Shown: positions 42,750-57,378 of the stretch, piece after piece
How the letters are laid out: every line of letters starts with the position of its first letter
How positions within the stretch are numbered: the first letter of the stretch is position 1
Origin: Eledone cirrhosa
Lineage: Eukaryota
Reading direction: 5' to 3'
Length of the DNA stretch: 64,000 nucleotides
Assembly: GCA_964016885.1 (NCBI GenBank)
Contig: OZ024740.1
Coordinates: forward strand, 237,150,001 to 237,214,000
Program-made: the position numbers and the translations under genes
The notes under the pieces: generated by a model
Databases searched by the model: none
Seen by the model: the letters and a program-made list of their open reading frames with translations, nothing else
Told to the model about the DNA's origin: nothing

Positions 42750-43898
42750 ATGGGTGAAGTGGTTGAAATCCTTCATTCTGAGCCGAAAAAAAGTAGTCAC
42801 GGTTCTAGGACAGCATTCTTCACCATATGAAATGTCATTTGGTGTACCACAGTGATCTGTTCTTGGTCCCCTTTTGTTTGTGGCATATAATAATGACATA
42901 GATGCTAACTTAAAGAATGCCACAGTACTGAAATATGCAGATGACATCAAGCTGTACGTTGAAATCAAAAGGACTGATCCTGAAATCTACAACTCTTTCC
43001 CACAATCAGACCTGGACACAATGCAGCAATGGATCACAGACTGGCAACTGAAGCTGATGTGGACAAGTGTACCACCATGCATTTTGGGAGGAAAAACCCA
43101 GCGTCCACATACTCCCTCCACTACACTGATATCAAGAAGTCCTCTTGTGAACGTGACCTGGGCATTACTGTCAGCAGCGATTTGCGTTGGACAAAGCACA
43201 TCTCTAAGATTGTCAAGAAGGCCGACGGTGTCTTGGCATCACTCAGCAAGACCTTTGTTAGCCGCTCTCCAGCCATCTATTTAAAGCTGTATACAGCTAT
43301 CGTACGACCACACTTGGAATTCGCATCATTAGTCTTGAACCCCTATCTTGCTCAGAACATTGACCTCCTGGAAACTGTTCAGAGACGTGCAACCAAGCGC
43401 ATACCCTCCATCAGACACCTACCATACTCTGAATGCCTTGCTTCCCTGGGCATGGATTCATTGAAACTCCGACATCTGGCAATGGACTTGGTAAACACGC
43501 ACAAAGTTATTAACCATCTCGCCAACGACAACCCTGAGCACCCTTTTGATCTCCATGTGTCTAACACACGTGGACATGCCTACAAAATCAGAAAACAGCA
43601 CAGCTCCCATGACTTTCAGAAACATTTTTTCACGCTTAGAGTTGCTGAAGCATGGAACAAACTGCCTGCGTCAGTTGTTAGCTGCCAAGACACTGCATCC
43701 TTTAAAACCCTCATGCTGCCCGAAATTCGCCAAAACTACACCTAATGTACCCCTTCCATACATATGCACATGTGTATATCATGACTCATGTACTGTTCAT
43801 TTTCCTGACGTTTGTACATTACCCTATGTACTATACATACACTTTTGATGAGTTGTAGTGCACCTGAGCACTGTACACAATATTTTCATTATTATTAT
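42750..43898 (+). mobile_element. CR1-type LINE 3' fragment
   Basis: GVPQ*SVLGP, KYADD, ERDLG, LETVQRRATK, WNKLP; (ATT)n tail. Confidence 0.9.
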
Positions 43899-44109
43899 AT
43901 GGCCACCCAGCAGGATTAAAAGTAAAACTCATGAAGGAAGAAAACAACCTCTTACAAACAAGACAATGGTGAATCATATCTAAAGAGGAGATGGGCTCAA
44001 CTCTTTATCTGCCTGCTGAAACACATTTTTGAGCACCTACAAACTCCTGGGGCTATGAATTTTAAATATACATGCATATGTGGATATTTCTGTTTACTTT
44101 TTGCATATA

Positions 44110-44505
44110 TCATCATCATCATCATCACCGTTTTACGTCCATTCTTCCACGCTAACATGGATTAGACGGGTTGTCCTGTTGTGGGCAGTGTCCAGTCGGC
44201 TGACCACGCCTTGCTCATACAGGAACTGATTCTGGCTTGATTTCTACAGCTGGATGCCCTTCCTAACACCAACCTCATTTACAGTGAGTGCTGGGTGCTT
44301 TTTTGCCATGGCACCTCCACGACCACTTTGCAGTGGAATGATAGGGACCCCAGTCCCTATCATCTCATTTCTACAGCTGAGTAAACTGGAGCAATGTGAA
44401 ATAAAGTGTCTTGCTCAAGGAAACAACACATCACCCGGTCTGAGAATTGAACTCACAACCTTTCGATTGCAAGGCCATGCTCTAACCACTAAGCCATGTG
44501 CCTCC
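44110..44505 (-). mobile_element. Full-length CORE-like SINE family 2 with RTE-B tail
   Basis: GGAGGCACATGGCTTAGTGGTTAGAGC head, B box GTTCAATTC, tail shared with RTE-B. Confidence 0.88.
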
Positions 44506-44526
44506 ATATATGTATATATATATATG

Positions 44527-44560
<34 letters not shown>

Positions 44561-44720
44561 AATATGTGTGTGTGTGTATATATATATATATAGACATACA
44601 TGTATATCATCATCATCATCATCATCATCTATACCAACTTAACTCTTTTATTTATTTTTTTTGTTTTTTGTAACTCACGTCCTTACTCTTTCTCAAAATT
44701 TGTTCTTCCTCTATCCGAAC

Positions 44721-44756
44721 TTTCCTGATGAAGGCCCTATATTTGAAACGTTGAAA
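44721..44756 (+). ncRNA. Minimal hammerhead ribozyme motif in a probable Penelope-like terminus (about 44630-44823)
   Basis: TTTC-CTGATGA-AGGCCCTATATTT-GAAAC-GTT-GAAA: intact core, 4-bp stem I, degenerate stem II. Confidence 0.5.
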
Positions 44757-45185
44757 CCTCTTCAACTTCTTCCACTTCCTGTGTTCAATTGCCTCCTGTG
44801 TTTTGTTCGTTCATTTTCAACTAGATATATATATAAAACAAAATTTGTTTTCTGATCTAACATAGTGGATAGCTAAATGCATTCGTGAGTGAATAATAAT
44901 ATTATAATAGTATTATTAATATTTGATTTGTTTGCACGCAGACAGCCTCAAAATGTCATGTGTGAAACAATTTACAATTGTTTTGCGCTCATTGCTCATT
45001 ATCGAGATTGTGTATCTCTCCCTTTTTTGCTACACAATTGAACTCTTGAGAATACATTGTATTCTATAAAGAATACATTGGCTGATCAGCCTAATTTGCA
45101 TACTGAGTGATTTTATGGCTGGCTTTGCCGAAAATTAAAAACAAAATTTGTTTTTGCTCTAACATAGAGGATATATATATGCATA

Positions 45186-45827
45186 CTAGCCGAATTACCC
45201 AAGCCTTGCTGCGTTTCACACATTTTTTTTTTTGTAAGAAAATGATGATTGATTTTACTCAATGTAAAATGTAATGCAGGAAAAATTGGAAAACATTATT
45301 TTTTGTAATATATCAAATCAAAATTACATTATTAAATCTTATTCTTATTTTGTTTCTTGTAAATAATTTTTTTCAAAATATCAATTCAAAACTTTTGTGA
45401 ATAGGCATCATATTTAACTATGGTTTAAATTTCATACAAATCGGAAAGAAAAAAATTTCGGTGGGGGTTTGTGCCCCTGGGGAACCGTAATAGGGGGTTT
45501 AACCCCCATTAGGGTGTCTTAATATTATTGAAATTTACTGAAATTTTGTGAATAGGCATCGTATCTTGTCATTTAACTATGGTTTAAATTTCATATAAGT
45601 CGAAAGTAAACAATTTTCAGCGGGGGTTTGTGCCCTCGGGGAACCCTTTGATTAAAATGAAATATACTTATCCAAGTACTTTGATTAAAATGAAATATAC
45701 TTATGAAAGTACCAATGTAGTTTTAGAATATATATGGTTATGGGGGTCTATCTCCAAAACCATAGGAGGAGTTCGTGAACAAACAACCAACCAAACAAAC
45801 AGATAGGAACAACTTTATATATATAGA
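45186..45827 (-). mobile_element. Non-autonomous Helitron-like element
   Basis: Minus strand starts TCTATATATA and ends CTAG, between A and T; internal direct duplications. Confidence 0.6.
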
Positions 45828-45829
45828 TA

Positions 45830-46071
45830 TATTAGAAATGTAAGCTATTGCCGTATTTTGACTAAAGAAATTAAAGAAATTATTTTGCCTGATAGTGGGG
45901 TTAAGAATCGTCGGAGAAATGGAAAAAGATGAGTATTGACGTACATGTACTCCCATGTACGTCAATACTCATCTTTTTCCATTTCTCTGAGGGTTCTTAA
46001 CCCCACTATCAGGCTAAATAATTTCTTTAATTTCTTTAGTCAAAATACGGCGATAGCTTACATTTCTAATA
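45830..46071. repeat. Fold-back inverted repeat, arms of about 118 bp, 6-nt loop
   Basis: TATTAGAAATGTAAGCTAT...GTACATG-TACTCC-CATGTAC...ATAGCTTACATTTCTAATA. Confidence 0.93.
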
Positions 46072-46575
46072 ATTTCAAACCAACTTGCTGTTTCGAAAAT
46101 ATTCTTACTTGATATAGATATATATTATAAAATTAATGAAGGTCGCTGATATTGATTCAACGGTCTCCAGCCAGCATCCAGCTCACTCAGTGAACTTGCC
46201 GAATTGCAGTAATGCAGTTGCAATCAGTCATTCAGAGTGCACACATTTAGTTAACAACAGATGTGGCAACGGTGTTTAGGTAGAGAGAAAGATATCATCA
46301 ACATTAAACGATGATGATGATATTCTTTTCCAGTAAAGGTCTCTGACTGTATATTTTTTGCTTAATTTTTTTTATACCAAAGTGTCTGAAGCTGCCTCTT
46401 ATTCTATGGTCCCAAACTATTTGTATTTAAGAACCTTCCCTCATACTTTTATAAAAGAACCATTGTTAAGTTACTCTCCAAACACCATCTTAAGGTGAAA
46501 GTTATATTATTAAATTCCTTCATATTCTTGATTATTTTCAAAATTATAAAAAAAAATCATAGGCAGTGTTTTTCA

Positions 46576-46602
46576 TTAGAAATATTGTAACAAAAGGGTT
46601 AA
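46576..46602 (+). mobile_element. piggyBac-type right terminus of a degraded non-autonomous relative
   Basis: TTAGAAATATTGTAACAAAAGGG-TTAA versus TTAGAAATATGGTAACGAAAGGG-TTAA at 3690-3716; left end not found. Confidence 0.6.
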
Positions 46603-46880
46603 TGCTTTTTGTAATCTCTTCATTTGATTGGCAAAGCTTAGGCTGTTAGTAGCTGATAGTTGTAAGCAGTAATCCAAGAGATTTCCAGTGTCACCGTCAC
46701 TGTCAGGTCACACAGTAAGTGTTCTCAGTGCCCAGCAACTGAGTTCTTGACAAGTTGTTTATATAAAGTATGTTTATATTAAAAAAAACCCACTCATCTA
46801 TGTGCATGTATGCATCTGTGTATGTGTCAGTGTGTATGGTGCATATACATGTGTACATGTATGTATACATACACACGAGG

Positions 46881-47252
46881 AAAAGAATTTATATTTTCTT
46901 TTGACATTTTCTCTTTATAACTGTGTCACAACAGGTCGTTGGTCAAAATAAACTTGAAAAAATAAACTGGAAAAAAATATGTACATACACTATATATTTC
47001 TATACATGTATATATGTATGTATATATTTTGTAACAATGCCACCCAGCAGGTGGCTAGTCAAAATAAACTTTCAAACTCTAATGCAGAAGAAAAAAATAT
47101 ACATGCATACACTATATGTATAAATAAATGTAGTGATTGTATGTATGTATATTTTTTTCTTCCTCATTTGAGTTTAAAGTTTATTTTGACTGGCCATCTC
47201 TTAGTGGCAAGAATATAAAGAGAAAATGTCAAAAGAAAATATAACTTCTTTT
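46881..47252. mobile_element. MITE-like element with imperfect TIRs of about 75 bp
   Basis: TATATTTTCTTTTGACATTTTCTCTTTATA versus TATAAAGAGAAAATGTCAAAAGAAAATATA; subterminal GTCAAAATAAACTT repeated. Confidence 0.7.
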
Positions 47253-47369
47253 TATCATTCATTGCGCACCCAATTACCCTTTAGATTTTAATGTCTTGCA
47301 GATTATTATTATTGCTCTCTCTAGTCCATACACCTCCATTGTCTTAACACTCCCTGTAGAAGAATTATG

Positions 47370-47676
47370 TTGGTGGCACAATATAAAGCACCCTGTCCAC
47401 CCTGTAAAGTGGTTATGTTGTGACTTGACAAAAAGCACCCGGCCCACCCTGTAAGGTGGTCATGCTGTTGTCATGATGAAAAAGCACCCAGTCCACGCTG
47501 TAAATGTGGTTGGCGTTAGGAAGAACATCCACCCGTAGAAACCAAGCCCGAAGCAGTTCTGTATGAGCAAATGAGTAAAACACAGTCACCTGATCTGACT
47601 TGGCTCACAATGGACAACTCCACTAACCTATGCTAGTGTGGAAATTAGACATTAAATAGTGATGATGATGATGATG
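47370..47676 (+). mobile_element. Older RTE-type 3' tail with three tandem AAAGCACCC..CTGTAA modules
   Basis: GGTTGGCGTTAGGAAG core and (GAT)n tail. Confidence 0.7.
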
Positions 47677-48034
47677 ATTGATTGTTGTAGTTTTGATGTT
47701 TAGGATCTTATGCAGGGAAGGGGACTAGGTAAGTGGCTTGTCATATGACTTCTGAACGTGAAAGTGACCGAGTTTGTGCAATTGCTTGGTTACAGGTATA
47801 GTCAGATGTTTTCATGTAAGGGTGACTAATATCACTAAACCATTTATAACTTAATTATCCAGGGATAAGAGTGCAGGAGGGAGGAGTGGCGGACTACTGA
47901 CAGGAGTGGAAAAAAAAAATCACCAGTAGTTGGTCAATGGAGCTGATTAGGTTCATCTTCATGGAGAGATGGTGGTGATGATATAGGTTGATGTTACTAA
48001 ACAACAGCTTATCTTCTGTCCTATTCAATTTATG

Positions 48035-48440
48035 TCATCATCATCATCATCACCGTTTTACGTCCGTTCTTCCACGCTAGCATGGGTTAGACGGGTTGTC
48101 CTGTTGTGGGCAGTGTCTGGTCGGCTGACCATGCCTTGCTCATACAGGAACTGATTTGGCTTGATTTCTACAGCTGGATGCCCTTCCTAGCACCAACCTC
48201 ATTTACAGTGAGTGCTGGGTGCTTTTTTGTGGCGCCTACACGTCCACTTTACAGTGTGGGCTGGGTGCTTTTTTGCCGTGGCACCTCCACGACCACCTTG
48301 CGGTGGGGGGTGTGAGGGCATATTGTCTATATGCTTCAGCTTGTACCCATGGGAGGTCGGGTACTCTGTATTACTGCGTGACGCCAGAAGTCACGGTCGT
48401 GTGTCATTCTTTGAGAGGTGTAATTGGGTAAGGTCGGCTT
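48035..48440 (-). mobile_element. RTE subfamily B 3' fragment
   Basis: Near-identical to 23598-24007. Confidence 0.9.
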
Positions 48441-48700
48441 ATATATTAAAATCTTGTTAAGTTATATATGTTTAAGTCTTAATGCCATAACAATATGACC
48501 TAAAATTATTATTATTTCCACACATTTTTTTAATTTTAAATATTAATTTCTGAATTAAAGTAATAAGAAAAAAATGAAGACAACTTATCTTCTATTCCAG
48601 TCAAGAATTATATATTCAAATCCTGTTGTCCCTGTCAAGTTATATAATAAATCTGTTATAAATATACATTCTGCAGTTATATATATATATATATATATAC

Positions 48701-48988
48701 CAGGGGCGAAGGGTCCGTGCATGCAACGCATTCAGTGCATGCGTTATAGAATCTTGAGTTGATCAATTGCATCGGTTGAAGCAAGCAGAGTTTTGGCTGC
48801 TTACTAAAACGTATAGACACATAAAAAGATAACACACACATACACACTAGATAACACTACATGCGGCTTTGACCAGGAGGGTCATTTAGAGGGAATTGGG
48901 GGGGGGGGGGGGTAAGGCTGCGCAGCCCCACTTTCTGCCATGGCGATTGAACTGCATGCCTTGCTTTCCAGCTTACCCTTCGCCACTG
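48701..48988. mobile_element. hAT-like MITE inserted in (TA)n
   Basis: TIRs CAGGGGCGAAGGGT and ACCCTTCGCCACTG (one mismatch); flanks ATATATAC and ATATATAT. Confidence 0.7.
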
Positions 48989-49019
<31 letters not shown>

Positions 49020-49609
49020 CTAGCAGATGTACCCGGCGTTGCTCGGGAAATGAATGACAGCCTGTTTGTCCGTATAAAGAGAGCCAAAGATTGAGCAAAG
49101 AATTGAAATGTAATTGTAAAAAAAAGTTTAACAAAATGGGTGTACAGTGACATGATTGAGTGAAATAAATGGCAACATAAAAACAATTCATGGGGTAACT
49201 TGAGTTAATTGACGTGTATGATTTCAGGTCCGGCCTTGCTGTAGTAGGTATCTGTAAGGGGATAAAGATGGAATAGACGCACCGTATGTCCTTCAGTAGA
49301 CTAAACCCTATGCGTAAGATGGCGCTGCCACTACCACGTTGACCATCCACTGGACATAGAAATATCATTCCTTGAAGCAAATCGGCCTAGTACTTCAAAA
49401 GTTAAAAGGAGCCTAGTATTTGTACACAGACAGATACACACACAAAATCGATTTTTCGGCCCCAATATCGATTTTTTTTTCAAATTTGTTTTTGTCCAAA
49501 ACCTGCTCTGGCATATAAGCAACATGTGTGCCAAATTTGGTTGAAATCGGCCTAGTACTTGTAGACAGACAGACACACAGACAGACCGACTTGCTTTTAT
49601 ATATATAGA
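49020..49609 (-). mobile_element. Non-autonomous Helitron
   Basis: Minus strand 5' TC; 3' hairpin CCCGAGCAACGCCGGG followed by CTAG; A/T insertion site; (CAGA)n tract. Confidence 0.75.
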
Positions 49610-49659
49610 TATATAATTCATATTGGATTTTCTTGATTGATTAATTATATTTGCATGCA

Positions 49660-52053
<2,394 letters not shown>

Positions 52054-52906
52054 ATCATCATCATCATCATCATCATCAACGTTTAACGTCCGTGTTCCAC
52101 GCTTGCATGGGTTTGGACGGGGGTAGTCCCACTTGAGGCAAGAGTGATTGTCTTGCTCGCATAGGACTGTCTGGCAGGTTTTCTACAGTTGGATGCCCTT
52201 CCTAACACCAACCACATTTACAGTGTGGGTCTGGGAGGTTTTTACCGTGTTGCCTACACGGCCACATTACAGCGTGGACTGTGTGTTTTTTTGTCGTGAC
52301 ACCTACACGATCTCATTTGTTTCGGCCTGGATGGCGCGGCACCAACATAACTTTACATAGAACGGGGTGGTGTGGATGGGGTGGGGGTGGCGGCGGGAGG
52401 GGTGTATTTTGTTAGAGATGCCTACTGGCAAGGCGGGTCTTCTCTGTTACTGAGTACCGCCAAAGGTCACGGTCCAGTGACATTGTCTTGGAGAGGTGTA
52501 AGTGTGTGAGGTCGGAGTTTATCAGCTCATCCCATGTTTTTCTAGGTCTGCCTATTCCGTGGCTACCGTCTATCTTTATTGCCCTGCACTTTGTAATACA
52601 GCTATCGACTTTCATGCGCATCACGTGTCCATACCAACGCAGCCTTCTCTCGAGTAAACAACATCTGATCCCTCTTATCTCTAATTTTTTCCTTAGTTCG
52701 TTTATGCTTTGCCGTTCACGTATATTACTGTTACACATCCAGCGGAGCATGCAAGCTTCGTTCCTCTCTAGTCTGCGTATATCCTCTGCACACAATGCCC
52801 AGGTCTCACTACCATGCAACATTGCTGTTCGTATGCAGGCATCGTACAACCTGCCTTTCATTTTTAGGGAGAACCCTTTAGCAGCTAATAGTGGTATAAG
52901 CTCTCT
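52054..52906 (-). mobile_element. RTE subfamily A 3' fragment, inverted copy of 56490-57340
   Basis: Shares the KVDS variant and LASRHL* ending with the adjacent full-length element. Confidence 0.95.
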
Positions 52907-53506
<600 letters not shown>

Positions 53507-56500
53507 TTGTTAAATCGCTTGTTAAACATTCATAACCTTCCAGCTAGCTACCCCACACCCTCCACCCGCCCCCCACACACCACCATACTTAATACGTGGA
53601 CCACTCATAAGCCAGAGCCCCCCCCCCCCCACGCATCACCATTATTATTATTATTATTATTATTACGCGGACCAATCATAAGCCAGAGGCCTATACTATC
53701 GCTTGCACGGTTGCCTTCGATATATGATGGATGGATGGATGGATGGACTGCGGAATCCTGGAGAGTGGAAGGGAGAGAAAAATCTGGACGCTCAGAGCGA
53801 AAATGCCAAAGTTAAAGTCAAATTCACCTCGTGGACGAGAATGCGAGCACTCCTCTTTGTTTCGTCCGCGGATGGCTAACGTAACCCTATCTCCCCCCGC
53901 CCCCCACCCCCCCACCCTCCAAACGCAACCCAAAACTTCAGAGTTGGTACCATAAATGTGGGCACCCTAAAGGGTCGCGCTAACGAGGTTGTAGAAATGC
54001 TTGAACGTAAGGAGGTCGATGTTTGTTGTATTCAAGAGACCAGGTGGAGGGGTGGGTCTGCTAGATTCATTGAGGGTAAAAAACGATGTTATAAGCTTTT
54101 CTGGGTGGGAAACGACTATGGGCTGGGTGGAGTAGGAATCATGGTAGCAGAAAAGTGGGCAGATAAGATAATAGACGTAAATAGAGTGAACGACAGAATA
54201 ATTAAAATAAGACTTGTCCTCAATAAAACTACGGTGACAGTAATATCTGCGTACGCACCCCAATCCGGACTGCCCGGCACTATAAAAGACAGATTCTATG
54301 AGACACTGTTGCTAACTACCTCCCAAATATCTGACAGTGACTATATAATTATTGCAGGCGACCTAAATGGTCACGTTGGACAACATTGTGACGGCTACGA
54401 CGAAATCCATGGAGGCTATGGGTTTGGTACTAGAAATGAGGGAGGCTCCAGAATCCTGGAATTCTGTGATGCAAATAACCTAACTATCTGTAACACTAAC
54501 TTCAAAAAACGTGACAATCACCTGATCACCTATAGATCAGGGGAACACACAAGCCAGGTAGATTATATCCTTACCAGAAGACGTGACAGAGTGTCTGTTG
54601 TAAACACTAAATCCCTCCCCCATGAAGAATGCACCTCCCAACATAGACTGATAATTAGCGACCTCATAGTCAGGACGAGACGTACTCGACAGCAGAAGAG
54701 GACTATCCTCAGGAGGAAAATATGGAAACTAAAGGACCCCACAGCCAGAAATAAATTTCAAAGCATATTACTTGATGCTTTCGACAGTAAGGAAGAGCAT
54801 CTAGAATCGGACAATATAGAGGGACAGTGGGAATTTCTGAAAGCAAACCTGCTGTTGGCGACAGACGAAGTCTGTGGCTGGAGCAGGCCTGTAGGCAGGA
54901 GGAGAGTAACTTGGTGGTGGAACAGTAGGGTGGAGGGGTCAATTAAGGCCAAAAAGCAGGCTTGGAAAGTATGGCGGGATGGGGGAAGTAGAGTAGACTA
55001 TCAAGTGGCCAGGAGGGAAGCTAGGAGAGAAGTGTACTTAGCAAGAAGGGAAGCTGAGGAAAGAAAGTTCAAGCATGTTCTACAACGCGATGACCAAAAA
55101 CGTGAGGTGTTCAGGATTGCCAGGCAATGCGTCAAGGAAAACCGTGATATTGTCGGGGAGAAGTGTGTACTTAACGATGATGGCATACTTGCCATCACCG
55201 ACACTGATAAGAAGGTAGCTTGGAAGTGTCACTATGAAAGGCTACTAAATGAGGAGAATAAATGGGAGAAAGACAGTCTCCCCCATATCGACCCGATAGA
55301 GGGACCAGCAGTGTTAGTCGAGGGGAGTATAATAAGTAAGGCAATCAAGGATATGAAGACGGGTAAGGCGGCTGGGCCTTCGGAAATAGTTGCTGAGATG
55401 CTGAAGGCATCTGGCACGGTGGGACACACCATGGTCACCCGCATAGTTAACCAAGTCGTACAGAATGGGGTTGTTCCGGAGGACTGGCATAGCAGCATCA
55501 TCGTTAACTGTTATAAGGGTAAAGGAGACGCCCTAGATAGGAGTAACTATAGAGGCATTAAATTAATCGACCAGGTCATGAAGGTCACGGAAAAAGTAAT
55601 AGCGCAACTAATCAGAGAGAGAATTGACCTAGATGAAATGCAGTTCGGGTTTGTGTCAGGCAAAAGCACCACAGACGCCCTTTTCATAGTACGACAACTA
55701 CAGGAGAAGTACCTAGCTAAAGGTAGACCCCTCTACTTAGCTTTTGTCGACCTGGAGAAAGCCTTCGACAGAGTCCCCCGCTCCATTATCTGGTGGGCTC
55801 TTAGAAAACTAGGCGTTGACGAATGGCTTGTGAGGGCTATACAAGCCATGTATAAAGAAACAGTCAGCAAGGTTAGAATTAACAACGAATATAGTGAAGA
55901 GTTTAGCGTAAAAGTTGGCGTCCATCAGGGCTCTGTTCTCAGCCCCCTACTATTTATTATTGCCCTTCAGGCTATAACAGAGGAGTTCAAGACAGGTTGC
56001 CCATGGGAACTCCTATACGCAGACGACCTGACACTCTTAGCGGAATCAATGGCCGAGCTAGAGAAGAAATTCCAAACATGGAAGCACGGACTAGAGTCAA
56101 AAGGACTTAAAATTAACCTGGCTAAGACCAAAGTTCTAGTTTGTAGGAAAGAAAACAAGGCGGCGGTCCCTTCTGGGAAATGGTCGTGCTCGGTGTGTAG
56201 GAAAGGCGTAGGTAGAAACTCCATTTTATGTCCTAAATGCAAAGTATGGGTGCATAAAAGATGTAGTGGGATCACAGGTAAGCTAACTAAGAACATAGAT
56301 TTTACATGTGGCCGGTGTTCTGGTGCAATAAGTAGCAGCAAGTGCCCACAAAATACTAGCTCTTTCAATTGCGCAGAGGGTTCTATAGAAATAGTGGACA
56401 GCTTCCGTTACCTGGGCGATAAAATCAGCAGTGGGGGAGGGTGCTCTGAAAGTACTGTAGCTAGAGTCAGAACTGGTTGGAAAAAGTTCAGAGAGCTTAT

Positions 56501-57340
56501 ACCACTATTAGCCGCTAAAGGGTTCTCCCTAAAAATGAAAGGCAGGTTGTACGATGCCTGCATACGAACAACAATGTTGCATGGCAGTGAGACCTGGGCA
56601 TTGTGTGCAGAGGATATACGCAGACTAGAGAGGAACGAAGCTTGCATGCTCCGCTGGATGTGTAACAGTAATATACGTGAACGGCAAAGCATAAACGAAC
56701 TAAGGAAAAAATTAGAGATAAGAGGGATCAGATGTTGTTTACTCGAGAGAAGGCTGCGTTGGTATGGACACGTGATGCGCATGAAAGTCGATAGCTGTAT
56801 AACAAAGTGCAGGGCAATAAAGATAGACGGTAGCCACGGAATAGGCAGACCTAGAAAAACATGGGATGAGCTGATAAACTCCGACCTCACACACTTACAC
56901 CTCTCCAAGACAATGTCACTGGACCGAGACCTTTGGCGGTACTCAGTAACAGAGAAGACCCGCCTTGCCAGTAGGCATCTCTAACAAAATACACCCCGTC
57001 CCGCCACCACCCCCACCCCATCCACACCACCCCGTTCTATGTAAAGTTATGTTGGTGCCGCGCCATCCAGGCCGAAACAAATGAGATCGTGTAGGTGTCA
57101 CGACAAAAAAACACACAGTCCACGCTGTAATGTGGCCGTGTAGGCAACACGGTAAAAACCTCCCAGACCCACACTGTAAATGTGGTTGGTGTTAGGAAGG
57201 GCATCCAACTGTAGAAAACCTGCCAGACAGTCCTATGCGAGCAAGACAATCACTCTTGCCTCAAGTGGGACTACCCCCGTCCAAACCCATGCAAGCGTGG
57301 AACACGGACGTTAAACGTTGATGATGATGATGATGATGAT
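53507..57340 (+). mobile_element. Full-length RTE-clade LINE (about 3.8 kb)
   Basis: C-rich 5'UTR, single long ORF, 3'UTR, (GAT)n tail, TA arrays on both sides. Confidence 0.95.
53880..56984 (+). CDS. RTE ORF: APE endonuclease, reverse transcriptase and embedded PHD-type zinc finger
   Basis: NVGTL, QETRW, SAYAP, GDLNG, VDYIL, SQH; FVDLEKAFD, GVHQGSVLSP, LLYADD, FRYLG; frame open from 53880 (track start GTG 53958). Confidence 0.95.
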   Translation, partial: RNPISPRPPPPHPPNATQNFRVGTINVGTLKGRANEVVEMLERKEVDVCCIQETRWRGGSARFIEGKKRCYKLFWVGNDYGLGGVGIMVAEKWADKIIDVNRVNDRIIKIRLVLNKTTVTVISAYAPQSGLPGTIKDRFYETLLLTTSQISDSDYIIIAGDLNGHVGQHCDGYDEIHGGYGFGTRNEGGSRILEFCDANNLTICNTNFKKRDNHLITYRSGEHTSQVDYILTRRRDRVSVVNTKSLPHEECTSQHRLIISDLIVRTRRTRQQKRTILRRKIWKLKDPTARNKFQSILLDAFDSKEEHLESDNIEGQWEFLKANLLLATDEVCGWSRPVGRRRVTWWWNSRVEGSIKAKKQAWKVWRDGGSRVDYQVARREARREVYLARREAEERKFKHVLQRDDQKREVFRIARQCVKENRDIVGEKCVLNDDGILAITDTDKKVAWKCHYERLLNEENKWEKDSLPHIDPIEGPAVLVEGSIISKAIKDMKTGKAAGPSEIVAEMLKASGTVGHTMVTRIVNQVVQNGVVPEDWHSSIIVNCYKGKGDALDRSNYRGIKLIDQVMKVTEKVIAQLIRERIDLDEMQFGFVSGKSTTDALFIVRQLQEKYLAKGRPLYLAFVDLEKAFDRVPRSIIWWALRKLGVDEWLVRAIQAMYKETVSKVRINNEYSEEFSVKVGVHQGSVLSPLLFIIALQAITEEFKTGCPWELLYADDLTLLAESMAELEKKFQTWKHGLESKGLKINLAKTKVLVCRKENKAAVPSGKWSCSVCRKGVGRNSILCPKCKVWVHKRCSGITGKLTKNIDFTCGRCSGAISSSKCPQNTSSFNCAEGSIEIVDSFRYLGDKISSGGGCSESTVARVRTGWKKFRELIPLLAAKGFSLKMKGRLYDACIRTTMLHGSETWALCAEDIRRLERNEACMLRWMCNSNIRERQSINELRKKLEIRGIRCCLLERRLRWYGHVMRMKVDSCITKCRAIKIDGSHGIGRPRKTWDELINSDLTHLHLSKTMSLDRDLWRYSVTEKTRLASRHL

Positions 57341-57378
57341 ATATATATATATATGTATATATATATATGTATATATAT

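Noticed and set aside
53815-53890. HDV-like ribozyme in the RTE 5'UTR (TTC-ACCTCGT-GGA, GCTAA)
   Set aside because: L3-like and J4/2-like words are present but P1, P1.1 and P2 pairings could not be built; the minus-strand GGACGAAAC lacks a CTGANGA partner
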